A DNA stretch of 64,000 bases from the human T2T-CHM13v2.0 reference genome, Homo sapiens, in the NCBI RefSeq assembly GCF_009914755.1, contig NC_060928.1. The stretch is one strand, 5' to 3'. Under the pieces are notes generated by a model. That model made no database searches. It was not told the origin of the DNA and saw only the letters and a list, made by a program, of their open reading frames with translations. Each line of letters begins with the position of its first letter. Position 1 is the stretch's first letter. The translations under genes were made by a program, and so were the position numbers. Below are positions 1 through 12,356 of the stretch, in pieces.

Positions 1-440
1 CAGAAAGTCATTTCTTATATCTTTTGCTTCAGGGAGCATAGTTGACTCACAGCCTCAGATACTGCCCTTCAGGATCCACCACTACCTGCCTGCAGGTAAT
101 GCTTCCCCCTTCCACCCCCTGTCCAGCATTCTCTTAGGTAATAAATGAGCATTGCTAGAGGAACCAGTGCAGGCTTCTCCTTCAGGAAGCAAGTCTTCTG
201 TAGTGAGCAAATATGGCTTAATACTCTCATCTGCCTCCCTAAGATTTTCCTAGAACTGTGCTGTGTGCTGGAGATTCTTTCTGTGTGTTCCCAGGTGTTT
301 GGACGGCCTTGTGGTCCAAAGGTTTCCCTTCCTACTTCTACACCCTCCCCTTTGTCCTTCACAGCCATTTCCTTAAATAAATCTCAGGAATGTAAAACCT
401 GTCATGGTGTCTTGCTTCTCAGAGGATCCAAACTGACACA
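1..440 (+). mobile_element. Ancient ERVL-class LTR fragment (3' part)
   Basis: AATAAA followed by a typical ERVL LTR terminus ...GCTTCTCAGAGGATCCAAACTGACACA; subfamily not determined. Confidence 0.45.
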
Positions 441-509
441 ACAGGAAAGCAAGTTTTGTACACAATACTGCGCTCACAGAATCTTTGGTATGGCTATAAT
501 ATCATAATG

Positions 510-830
510 TATCAAATTATAATATATTCTGACCAATTAGGTTTTATTCCAAGAATATGAGAAACATACCAATGTAATCCATTTCATCAACAAAGTAAAA
601 GAGTTACTGTATGCTCTTATTACTAAGTGTGGAAAATGCATTTGATGAAATTTAACGGCTCTTTTTAATAAAGACATAGACTAGAAAGGGCTTATATAAA
701 CAAAATAAAAATATTTACTAAGAGACAACAGAAATATTACTCTAAAAAGCACTGAAAGCAATCCAATTAAAAATATGAACTTGTCATGGCTGCCTGTGGT
801 GACTAATAATACCTTTGCCTCAAAAGTGAT
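510..830 (+). mobile_element. Ancient L1M ORF2 (RT region) fragment
   Basis: Degenerate match to the L1 QVGFIPGMQ...[10 protein letters not shown] coding region (AATTAGGTTTTATTCCAAGAAT...GAAAATGCATTTGATGAAATT). Confidence 0.55.
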
Positions 831-1743
831 TGACAGATGCCTACAGGAATATTTAAGGATATAACGTGTAGTAGAAACTTTTAGTATGACATGGCAGCTA
901 TGTAGATTATCTTGCTCCTCTCCTGGAAATCATGTAAGGTAGCAAAAATAAAATAAATTGCAGTTTCCATATTCATTGAAACTGGAAGTCAGATATGATT
1001 TACAGGTTCTGAAGTATAAGTTACTGAAATCAATTGAATCTTTGCAGATGTCATGCAAGAATAAGTGTGGAGGTTCTTTATTTGGCCCAGAGGTGGCTGA
1101 TTCAAGAATGTACTGTAAAAATATGCTTCCCACAAGTAAAAGAATCATTCTAAGGGGCAAGCACTATATTTCTTATTTTTAATAACCGCATATGTAACCT
1201 CATTGGGCTGAGACCACATAGAATATGCTCCCATGGAGACGAAGAGAAGAGACATGGAGAATGGAGAGTATCAAGGGAACTCAGCAGAAAGGGATTTCTA
1301 GTCAGAAAAATGCATGGTCTGAATTTAATGTGTTCACTGTGAATTAAAGAATTCCATTTTGCAGTGATTTTGGTAAAAGCAAGAATTCCAGGGTTGGTAG
1401 CAAAAGCTCTCTAGTTTCAACTTTGTTCAAGAAATACAGGAAATGGAGTTTCAATGAAAACACAGAGAAGGCTTATTTCAAAAAAACAAAAAAATCTTTC
1501 TTGGGTGCTTCAGACTCTAACCTCTCCGTGGTGAATAGAAAATCCCTGCAAATAATTAGTCTAATAAAAACCAATATGTTCAATAATGAGTAACAATATA
1601 GTATATGTTAGAACATTATTATAATATTGCTATTAGAGGAATTTAGAAAAGAGAAACAAAACTTTCAAACTGCTAAAGAATTACTTAAACGAAAAAAAGT
1701 TCATCAGGGCAATTGGTAAGCATATATTCTTTTATAAAATAAT

Positions 1744-1744
<1 letters not shown>

Positions 1745-1774
<30 letters not shown>
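1745..1774. repeat. (CA)n microsatellite, about 15 units
   Basis: Seen directly. Confidence 0.97.
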
Positions 1775-1775
<1 letters not shown>

Positions 1776-2059
1776 GTTTGTGCTCACTCCTACAAAGGGA
1801 GATCACAAAGCAGAAGTGCAAAAAGTCAAGGAAGAAATTATAAAAAGTTGATGAGTACAGGAAACATAAACTGGTAAAACTTAGGTAAAAATTGAAGAAA
1901 AAATAATGCCCTCAAAAGTATGAAGATGAAATTGGAAGTGATACAAGATATAATTCATCAAAGGAAATAACGGTGACATAGAGAATACAAATTTAAAAAC
2001 AAACTAAAACACAGTTAAATTATTTTGTAAAACTTTTTTAAAGTGGCAATTTTTTTAAG

Positions 2060-2400
2060 AAGCTTTGAGGGAAAGTTCATTTCATATTTTGTTAGTAGGA
2101 GCATAAGTTTGTACAATATCTATGGAGAGCAATATCGTAACACACAAGGCCTAATAAGTTATAAAACAATGTTCCTTACCCTTTATACAGAAAATTTTGC
2201 CTCTGAGAATTTATCATACAGGTGTACTTGAAATAATACTGTTCATTGTAACTTCGCTTATAGTGGCAAAATAGTGTAATCAAACTAATTAAATGAATGA
2301 AATAAATTATTATATGTTCATACAGTGGGAAATTTCTTAGTTCTATAAACTATCTGACGAATGTCTGAATCCTTTGAAACAGGAAGACTTCTTATTTTAA
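2060..2400 (+). mobile_element. L1ME-type 3' fragment
   Basis: Degenerate L1 3' ORF2/UTR motifs (GGAGAGCAAT..., GTTCATTGTAAC..., CATACAGTGGGAAAT). Confidence 0.5.
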
Positions 2401-2819
2401 AAATATTTTTAAAATCTACTCACGGTGATGAATAGTATATGTATTTTTGCTAAAAATAGGAATGGAATCAGAATCTCTCTACTTATATACTTGTGCATAC
2501 ATATTGACATTTTAAATACATTAATATGAAAACCTGAAGGTAGAGGGGCAGACAACTGGGTAGAAATGTCATAAGAATTAATATTCAATATGTAGAATTT
2601 TAAATTTGGATTCAAATAACTACATTATATATTTTTAAAGAAGCTAGCAAACTAAATAGAAAGGTAACAATATAAAAAAGGGATATGGGGTAATTTAAGG
2701 AGTAGAATGATAAATGTCTGTATTATAAATCTAAATAAACTTTATAGAGACAATTGAAGGTGAAATAAAGTGGATCAATTTGGTACAAACTTTGCAGAAA
2801 AACTATAGGAATTTTAGAT

Positions 2820-3110
2820 ATTTTCATTCACTTATTCCTTAAACAAATATTTATTGAGTACCTAATATATGGCAAGAATATTTAAAGGCCCTGGTTTTAG
2901 ATGCTAGCAGTAGTGTGCAGAGGGAGAAGTCAGGGGTGACTAACTGCATTAGTATAAACTATTTGAAAAATGGAAGAGCGTATGCTGATGAGAAATGTCG
3001 GCATAGGAAGAAATTGAAGAAGGAGTTCCAATTTCAGTAACTGCTTCTGGGGTGTCATTATAAGACTGAGGTGAAGATCTTAGGTGAAAATTTGGATGTA
3101 GTAATACATG
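2820..3110 (-). mobile_element. L2 LINE 3' end relic
   Basis: CATTCA...AACAAATATTTATTGAGTACCTA, the reverse complement of the L2 3' terminus. Confidence 0.55.
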
Positions 3111-3428
3111 ATTTTTTTCACATTTTAAAAAATTTGACTTCCAAGAAATTTGTCTTTTAATACATGATAAGACATACTATGCTTCTCAATGGAAAAATTC
3201 AATATTTAAAAATGATAACTGTATTTCTACTTAAGCTATAAATATAATTCAGCCCTAATGAAAATCACAGATTTTCGTACAATGGAATTTAAATTTTTTT
3301 TCTAAACATAATCTAAAGAGTAAAAGTTTTAAATTGGCCAAGAAATGTTTAAAAAATAGAATTATTATCACAGAAGATATTAAAATATTACAAAATTGTA
3401 CTTTTTAAAGCACTCTGGACTTGGTGCA

Positions 3429-3851
3429 TGATATGGTTTGGATCTGTATCCCCAGCAAATCTCATGTGAAATTTTAATCCCTGGTGTTGGAGCTGGGGCC
3501 TGGTGGGAAGTGATTGCATCATGGGGGTGGATTTCTCATAAATGGTTTACCACCATCCCGTTGGTGCTGTTTTTGTGATAGTAAGTTCTTGTGAGATCTG
3601 ATTGTTTAAAAGTTGTGTAGCACTCCCCTCACTCTCTCTCTTGATCCTACTCTGGCCTTGTGATGTGTTTACTCCCCCTTCACCTTTCACTATGACTGTA
3701 AGTTTCCAGAGGCCTTCCCAGAAGCCAAGCAGATGCCAGTGTCATGCTTCCTGTACAGCCTGTGGAAGTGTTAGCCAATTAAACCTCTTTTCCTTATAAA
3801 TTACGCAGTCTCAGGTATTTCTTTGTAGCAATGGAAAAACACACTAATATA
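3429..3851 (+). mobile_element. MSTA solo LTR (ERVL-MaLR) inserted in an old L1 fragment
   Basis: TGATATGGTTTGGATCTGT...ACTAATATA termini; perfect 5-bp TSD GTGCA at 3424-3428 and 3852-3856. Confidence 0.9.
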
Positions 3852-4529
3852 GTGCAGATATGGTAAAAAAATATTTCCTGTAATGGTATTTTACAGTCTT
3901 TCGTCAGAGTGTGAATTTTGAGGGAATTGAGTGGGCTGTGAGAAGTGTAGAGAATTAATCTTTTCTTTGAAAGCTTATCTTTCCCTTTTTGGGTAAAATT
4001 ACCTTTGCTGAGAAAACCCTCAAAATATCCAGCTTTCTGGCAGCATACAATTTAATTTAGGCTGACGCTACTTTGTTCATGAAGGGCGTAATTCTACCCT
4101 GTGTCAGATATCTCCTTGCTATAACTGAGTAGTACTGGACTTGAATTTTGTACTCCTACAGTGCTCCTGGTCCAAATACTGGTAATTATCCCATATGAAA
4201 TTGATTCCAAGTGATGTATCTGCTTTATAGTTTACCTAGTGCCTCCAGCTTGGATCTTCTAGCTGAGAAGATATTAGAGGATCTTGCCAACCTGTGTCAT
4301 ACCTTCTCTCCCATCCTTTCTATAATAATTTTTTTCAAACTTTTTGAAAAATCATCACATGTAGATAGAATTATTAAGTAAATAATGTAAGTTTTACAAT
4401 ATTTTAGTATTACATTACCTATTTTATTAAAAATTTTGAGGAGGCCATTTACACTTGCACGTTTGTCTCTTTTATCTTTACAAAAAAATCCTAAATTAAA
4501 ATACAAAATGAAACAAAATTCCCACCCAT

Positions 4530-6224
4530 GGAGATGAGAAACTTATTGGGAACTGTAGTAAAGATCACTCTTGCTATGCTTTAGCAAAGAAACTGGTGGA
4601 ACTTTGAAATTGAGCAAGATGATTTAGGGTGTCTGATGGAAGAAATTTCTAAGCAGCAAAGTGTTCAAGATGGGACCTGGCTTTTTCTAAAAGTGTACAC
4701 TCATACGCATGGAGAAAAAGATGGTCTGAAGTTGGAACTTATGTTTAAAAGGAAAGCAAGGCATAAAAGTTTAGGAAATTTGCAGCCTGACCATGTGGTA
4801 GATAAGAAAAATACATTTTCTAGGGAGGAATTCAAGCCAGCTGCAGAAATTTGCACAAGTAAAGAGAAGCCTAATGTTAATAACAAAGACAATGGGGAAA
4901 ATGTCTCCAGGGCATTTCAGAGACCTTTCAGCAGCCCCTCTCATCACAGGCCCAGAGGCCTAGGAGGGAAAAATTGTTTCATGGGTCAGGCCCAGGGCCC
5001 TGCTGTTCTGTGGAGCCTCAGGACATGGTGCCCTGTGGGCTAGAATGGGCCAAGGCACCGCTCTTGCCAAGGTTACAGAGGGTGCAAGCCCCAAGCCTTG
5101 GTGGCTTCCACGTGGAGTTGGGCCTGTGGGTACACAGAAGGCAAGAATTATGGTTTGAGAACCTCTGCCCAGATTTCAGAGGATTTATGGAAATTCCTGG
5201 ATGCCCAGGCAGAATTCTTCTGCAGAGATAGGGCCGTCATGAAGAACATCTACTAGGGCAGTGTGGAGGGGAAATGTGGGGTTGGAACCCCCACACAGAG
5301 TCCCCACTTGGGCATTGCCTGGTGGAGCTGTGAGAAGAAGGCCAGAATGCTAGATCCACTGACAACTTGCGCTTTGTGCCTGAAAAAGCCACAGGCACTC
5401 AATGCCAGCCTGTAAAAACAGCTGCAGGGACTGTACCTTGCAGGGCCACAGGGGCAGACCTTCCCAAGGTGATGGGAGTCCACTTGTTACATCAGTGTGC
5501 CCTGGATGTCAGGCATAGAGTTAAAGGATATTATTTTGGAGCTTTAAGATTTAATGACTGTCTTGCTGGATTTTGGAGTTACATGGGGCCTGTAGCCCCT
5601 ATCTTTTGGCCCATTTCTCCCTTTCAGAATGGGAGCATTTACCCAATACCTGTACCCACATTGTGTCTTGGAAGTGACTAACATGTTTTTGATTTTATAG
5701 GATCATAAGCAGAAGGGACTTGCCTTGTCTCAGATGAAACTTTGGACTTGAACTTTTGAGTTCATGATGCCATGAGTTAAGACTTTGGGGGACTGTTGGG
5801 AAGGCATAATTGATGTTGCAATGTCAGAAGCACATAAGATTTGGGAAGGGCCAGGAATAGAATAATATGGTTTGTTTCTGTGTTCCTACCTAAATTTTTT
5901 CTTGAATTGTAATTCCCATGTATTGAGAGAGGGAACTGGTAGGAAGTGATTGAATCAAGGAGACAGATTTTCCCCATGCTATTATCATAATAGTGAGTGA
6001 GTTCTCACGAGATCTGATTATTTAAAAGTGTGGCACTTCTCCTTTGCACCCGCTCTCTTCTGCCACCGTGAAGGATAGGTCTTGCTTCTCCTTCACCTTC
6101 TGCCATTATTGTAAGTATCCTGAGGTCACTTCAACCATGCAGAACTGTGAGTCAATTAAACCTATTTTTTTAATTACCTGGTATCAGGTAGTTCTTTATA
6201 GCAGTGTAAAAAGAGACTAACACA
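4530..6224 (+). mobile_element. MaLR (THE1D/MSTA-type) internal region plus 3' LTR; 5' LTR missing
   Basis: Internal peptide MEEISKQQSVQD... resembles the other THE1-int copies here; LTR 5863-6224 ends GACTAACACA. Confidence 0.85.
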
Positions 6225-6640
6225 ATCTGATAGTTAATACTAATTTGAGACTTATGGTGCACTTCTGGTTTTGCTGTGGGGTGCTGTAGTCTAAGTAATT
6301 GATGACAATTACACAGGTGGCTGTATGTATAAATGACTGAATTCCAATAACGGCCCTGGACACCAAGGCTCATGTGAGCTTTTCTGTGGCAATACTTCAC
6401 ATAATTTGCCACACATTTTTGTTGGGAAAAGAAGTGCTTCTGTGTGATTCTGCTGAAATAGAGTGCCTGAATGCTTTTATCTGGTTAATCGTAGGACTTT
6501 TCTCATACTTTTTTTTATTTGTTGACTTTATTATGTATCTTTTCATTGTAATATACTATACTCATGATTACAACAGTTCTCCTTAGAGTCTTCTTGCAAA
6601 TTTTTGTGGCTATTGAGGGTCTTGAGATCTCTCAACCCAA
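6225..6640 (+). mobile_element. MER21C-like LTR fragment
   Basis: CCCTGGACACCAAGGCTCATGTGAGCTT...GGCAATACT resembles the reverse complement of the copy at 42252-42900. Confidence 0.55.
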
Positions 6641-8829
6641 ATATATATTCTGTTTTTATTTTCTTCCCTAATTTATCAAACTGTATAATTCGAATGCATA
6701 TGTAATTCAGATTATAAAGGCTACTTTAATGATCAGTCACTAGCAAAGAGAGTATGGCTTTCATAAATTGGAACTAAAAACTTAGCCAACATCTGAGAAA
6801 TTTATGTTTTCTAAGCACCATGACAATGGTTTTATATGATAAAGCACTCTTTAATTGTATGTTGTCAAATTCGATAATGTGAAATTATGAAAATTAGATT
6901 ACTCTCCATAAAGTAGTATTATTAGGCAAAACTGACCCCTACATCCTTCCTTTGAGTAATTATTCTAAACTGTGTCTGGTATAATGTCCCTTGGAATATT
7001 GGAAAAAATAATTACAATGAATTTACATTTTGAAGTAAGCTTTTCAAAGATATTTAATGTTTACTTCTGTCACCAAACTATTAAATTTCATTTGTGTTCT
7101 TGTACTTTATAAGTAGTATATTGGTGTTATGAATTAGTCAGTGGCATGCCTTCTGAAAATGTATAGAAAATGTGATGTAGCAGAAAAATGTTTGAGCCTA
7201 TAAGAGAACATAAAAAGTGAAAGAAAATTCTCTATTATTCACATAAATTTACTAGTGGTATTTATATTGAAATATTTATTTGCACATAAGTCCATACAGA
7301 CACACAATTAAATGTTGATAATCTGATGTATGAATATTTCAGATTGAATCTTCTTTATGCAGTATTAGATTTGCTGTTTATTCTATCTTGTTCTTCTCTA
7401 TTTGTTTATTGGAGTAACAATTTTGTGAATACCTTCAGTGTAGAAAGTGTTAGAAAAGGACTTTTAAGCCCAAAACAATTACTTCCTTTCCCCTGAGACA
7501 CCATGACTCAGATGAACTTTAAAAAGAATGTAATTACTAGTTCAGCTTTTCTAGGTAACTCTAACTTACTTTTGTTTTGAAAGGTGACTCAGACCATTTC
7601 CAGAAGGGATTCTGGAAGAGATAACTTATTAAGGAAAAATAACTTTAAATAAAATTATGCTTCTGGCAAAATGGGTATTTTATCTTTTATGTGGGTGTGG
7701 AAAAACATGTCCCCCAAACTCTAAAGCCAAAATAACATCCAAAAATGTATTTTGTTGATTATTTATTACATTGGTCTCTTTATTTGGTACATAAAACTGG
7801 TAACTAAACTTGTGCTTAGTCTTTAATGAGCTAAAGTTATTCTGATCATAATTCAGTTTATATTGATATAAAAAATAGAATCACTTGGTAAAAGAATGGG
7901 GATAAGAGTAAAGTTATTTTCTTTCCAAGAACTTGAATCTCAACTTCCAGTACTTCTTAATTTTCAATTCTCTGCTCCCGACGAGTTACCAAAACCAAAA
8001 TTAACACAATTCAGGGAGACTCTGTAGCCATGTTGATGTCTTCTTTTTAAAACTTTCTTACTTAAAAAGTACCCTTTTGGTGCCTGCATTAAAGTTATTC
8101 TTACTAAAGGTCTAAGTAAATATTTAAATTACTTTAACCAAAAGGTATGTCTCATCATGTTTTTGGTACAAAATTAGTTCTCACAGATATATAATTCATC
8201 TAGAAGTACTTAATACATTCTTACCAGTATAGCTTTTTAAAAATCAGACTTGTAGGCAAACCTAAAAAATTTTATATAGCAATTTGCTACAGTTCATAAT
8301 GTTTTAATTCTATTTATATATTCTTTTTTCACAGGACAGAAAGTTAATAAAGTAGCATTTATTTGCTCTATATAAAGTTTCCCAGAAAAGAGCTTGTGCT
8401 AGTGCCATATTGTATAAAAACAACTTTCAAATTGCTTCTCAATCCTATCAGACCCAATGTCTATATTTTATAAAAGCTCTATTTAGTGTTTCCTTTATTA
8501 TCTTGAAATGAAATGCATAAGGTTATAATTTAACTACAGCCATATTTTTAAAATTATTATGCTGCACTAATTGTAACATAATGAGAAATAAAAGGGAAAT
8601 ACATTATATTTCAATGTGTAAATGTCTGGACTGTACTACATAAATGATATAATAAAGTAGTTAGGAGGTTGCATTCATGTGTGTATTAACTCTACATGTA
8701 AACTCTACAAATCCAGACCAATAAAGGTGATTTTTGTGTTAATTCAAATACCATGAATAGTGCTTCCATCTGTGATTTAGCTAGTTAAAAATATTTAATA
8801 ACTTTCCCAACAAAATAGAGTACAGTCAT

Positions 8830-9054
8830 CTGTCCACATATACAGTGATTGAATTTATATTTATATTAAAATAATGTAGATAATATTTTGTGTTTACATA
8901 TAAATTAGTGTGAGGTTCTAGGTGCATGTAACTAATATCTGGCTTTTCACATATGTGAATGACTGGTTGGATATCCAAGCCGTGCTCGGAATTGGGAGCA
9001 AATCTTTGTCGATAACTCAACATATTCAAAGACACCAAGAATCTTTGGTATCTG
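8830..9054. mobile_element. Possible ancient DNA-transposon (MER-type) relic
   Basis: Right end (reverse complement CAGATACCAAAGATTCTTGGTGTCTTTGAATATG) recalls a hAT-type MER terminus; family not determined. Confidence 0.35.
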
Positions 9055-9607
9055 TTTTGCTACTTCAGTGATTAAAAATCAAAAAGACCATGAGTTTCAA
9101 ACTCTTCAGATAGTCCCTCAACTTATGAAGTCACAAATTATCTTTTCAAGCTTACTATTTGCTGTGCATTTAAAATTGATTATGAATCAGTTGTCAACAC
9201 AATTTCACAAATGAGCAATACTTGTTGTATCAGTAAGACAAACCTGAGAATAAGAAGCTCTTCTTTAACTTAGTAGGAACTTCAAAAAACTTCTACATAA
9301 AAACTTTATAAAGTTTTTTCCTGGTAAAATGTTTTTAAATGTTACTATTGTCTTGCGTCAATTTGGAGGACTTCAAATAGTATACAAGCAATTATTTATC
9401 ATGTGTTACAGAATATTTGTTTTCAAATGTAGAAATTTAATCTGACTTCACAAAAATTTTTAGTGTCCTTTAAGATCTTTTTGTTAAGTTATGTAATTAA
9501 GTAAAAATCTCACTTATAAACTTAATTACATTGACATTTATTATTCGTTCTTGTCAGGAAATGGTGCCATTATTATTTAACACATTGTTTCATTTTATAA
9601 GTAATGA

Positions 9608-9904
9608 ATTTATTATTTATTTATTTATAGAGTCAGAGTCTGGCTCTGTCACCTAGGCTGGAGTACAGTGGTGTGATCACAGCTAACTGGAACCCTCAAA
9701 CTCCTGGGCTCAAGGTATCCTTCTGCCTCAGCCTCCTGAGTAACTAGAATAGTTGGTGTGTGCCATCATGCCCAGCTATTTTTCTGTTTTTTTTCCTTTG
9801 GTGGAAAGAGTCTTGCCACATTGCTCAGGCTGGTCTCAAACTCGTGGCCTGAACTCGGCTTCCCAAAGTGCTGAGATTACAGGCATTAGCCACTGCAGCT
9901 GGCC
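9608..9904 (-). mobile_element. AluJ
   Basis: Reverse Alu dimer with J diagnostics (CTCCTGGGCTCAAG) and a (TTTA)n tail. Confidence 0.92.
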
Positions 9905-10511
9905 TCATTTTATTAGTTTTAGTTATCGTAAATATTAAAAATATTTTAGAATTTTGAAATTTGACACAATTTAATTATTGACATTATTGATGGATACATT
10001 AATATCAATTAATGTGGATTAGCACTGTAGGAGTTTTCTTAGACTGAAAACTTAGTTTTTTCATGGGTTGTAAAAGAAAATGTTGAAATACATTCATGAT
10101 ATGTATTAGTAAATATATGCAATTATTTTAAATCTGGAAAATGTTAGTTCAGATACAATTCTTTTATGATAGCATAAACATAATCAACAGTTTTTTAGGA
10201 AAATACATTATCAAGGCACTATATTGTCACATTGAAATAAACAGTATACAGAATATAAAGGCAGTTATGAGATTCTGTATTATTATACAGTATACAATAG
10301 TAAAATGCTATTGTTATAATAACAGTTTTGTTATAATAAAATTATTATACAGTGCACAAAAATAATAGAACATAATTAATTGTCAAAACATCAATTAAAA
10401 ACATCTAAATATTTTGTAGAAAAGAAGCAGGGCTATCTTCTTGATATTTGAGAGAATAGAATCATGTGAATAATGAGGTAAAATAGCTTTTGTATGGTAT
10501 TTGCTGCATTA

Positions 10512-11066
10512 TGAGGGTGTAGCCAGAGTCCAAGATGGTTCCCAATGATACCTGCCTCTTGTTGTATATACCCCGGTAGTTTGCTCCCATTCTGTATCAG
10601 GTTTGATCTGTGTGACCAATAGAGTATGGTAGAAATATTTATAGGTCATTTCTATGGCTAGGCCATGAAAGGCATTGGTCTCTCTCTGCTTGCTTTCTTG
10701 GATCACTGGCTGTGGAGAATGCCAACCACGATGTCATAAACACGTTCAGGCAACATGTGGAGAGAACAGTGTGGCAAGGAAATAAGGTCTCTTGCCAACA
10801 GCCAGTGAAAAACTGAGGCCTCCTGTTCTCCCAAAAGCCATGAGAGTGAACCAACTTGGAAGTTGCTCGTCCAGCCCTAGTGAAGTCTTCAAATAACTGC
10901 AACCCCAGCTGAAAGCTTGACTGTTGTTGAGAGACCCTAAGCCAGAACCACAGAGCTGAGCCACTTCTGGATCACTGGACTTCTGAAACGTGTGAGATAA
11001 TAAAAGTTCGTTGTTTTACCATGCTTGGTTTTAAGATATTATGATACACAATGAGTAACACATGCA
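10512..11066 (+). mobile_element. MLT1F-type LTR
   Basis: CAAGATGGTTCCCAATGAT...TGTGTGACCAATAGAGTATGG...GAGATAATAAA pattern of MLT1F. Confidence 0.75.
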
Positions 11067-11696
11067 GATGTCCTTCATCTTTATCAAATGACAGTATGCG
11101 TGAAATAATCTGAACACAAAAGTGCTCTATGGAGTTCATTAGTCTTTCTCTTTATGCTAAATAGGTACTAAAAATTAAAAGCTTATGTAACTTCAAAAAC
11201 TATGCTTTCATAACATACATAACTTAGAAATATGATATTAAACAATAAAAATGTGTGTTTCTCAGATCTTAAAAGATCATTTTCAAATATTGAGTTGTAT
11301 ATGATGGTAGAAATTAAAATTTAAAATATTCTGCTATGTAAAAATAGAACAATCATTCATTTACAGAATATGGAAAATATGTATCAAATCATTCTATCAA
11401 CTGCTCTAATGTCTATAATCTATATTATAAATGAAATAACAGTGGATATCTGTGCTAGTTTTTTGAAAAAGTTTGCTCGAAAATATTTATATCCTCTTTT
11501 TCTCTAGAGCACTGTTCCGGGTCCTGGAACAAACCCAATTTTATATCTTTGTTCCTTTTCCCTCCCCAACTGACCTACCATTCACAGGCATATTCTTAAA
11601 ATACCACTCATATGACTTGAAGCTCAAATACAGTTTGTATTTTGAGAAATCTTTCACATATAATGAGCAGAACAAAAAGATGGTAGCACAAGGTCG

Positions 11697-12356
11697 ATGG
11701 CAGAAGAGGGGCAAAGCTCAGCGTTAACAGGGAAAATAATAAAAAATAAATGTAGGCTTGGTGCAAATGCTGGAAATCACATGGGAAAAAGTCGAAGTTA
11801 TCGCTCAGTGTGAGGAAGGAGGAATTACGAGAGACTCAAATTCCTGAAGGAAATCATGAATGACCTGGATAGGGCTAGCAAAGCATACTTCCAAAACGAG
11901 AGGGATGGAGAAGCAAAGCAGCTCATTGGCAGCAATCGCAACCAGTCCCTCCTCATCATGGAGATGGAGAGCGGTGCTTCGGCCAAAGACATGAATGGAA
12001 CCTTGAAGCTTGCTTTTCCAGACTGATTTCCCTCAAAAGTTTACCATGCTCTTCAAGGGGACAACGAGCCTGAAGAGATCACATGCTTGTGTCAATTACC
12101 CCGAAATGCAGCCAACTGGAACTTAAAAACCAGCGAGGGGATGCAACAAGTGTCAGGCTTCAAAGACCCCAAAGGTGGTGGCAAAGACGTGCTCGCCCAG
12201 GCCATAGGCAATAACGTGGGATGCCAGCAGGAGGTGCTACGACTGGTCACTGAAATAAGGGGAGGGCCAGCTGCCACTCAGAAGCTCCCACCCTCAGTCG
12301 GATGTGTCAGTGCAGCCAGGAGTTCTTCGTTTGTCACAAGGACGTTTGACCTTTGA
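11697..12356 (+). other. Coding-like 220-codon frame (ATG..TGA) with two internal in-frame TGA codons; recoded CDS or pseudogene of unrecognised origin
   Basis: One frame from ATG 11697 to TGA 12354-12356 with TGA at 11811 and 12024 only and no TAA/TAG; 18 CpGs counted, against very few in the flanks; many C/G-ending codons; matches no repeat I recognise. Confidence 0.55.

Noticed and set aside
69-507. Overlapping 99-aa and 120-aa ORFs
   Set aside because: They lie within an old LTR relic and have no coding features
4636-5681. ORFs in MaLR internal regions (also 37651-38849, 48135-48509, 50209-50568)
   Set aside because: Broken remnants of the THE1/MST internal ORF, not host genes
11697-12356. 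NUMT (UGA=Trp) or bornavirus N (EBLN) origin
   Set aside because: It contains AGA/AGG sense codons, and I see no similarity to mitochondrial proteins or bornavirus N motifs
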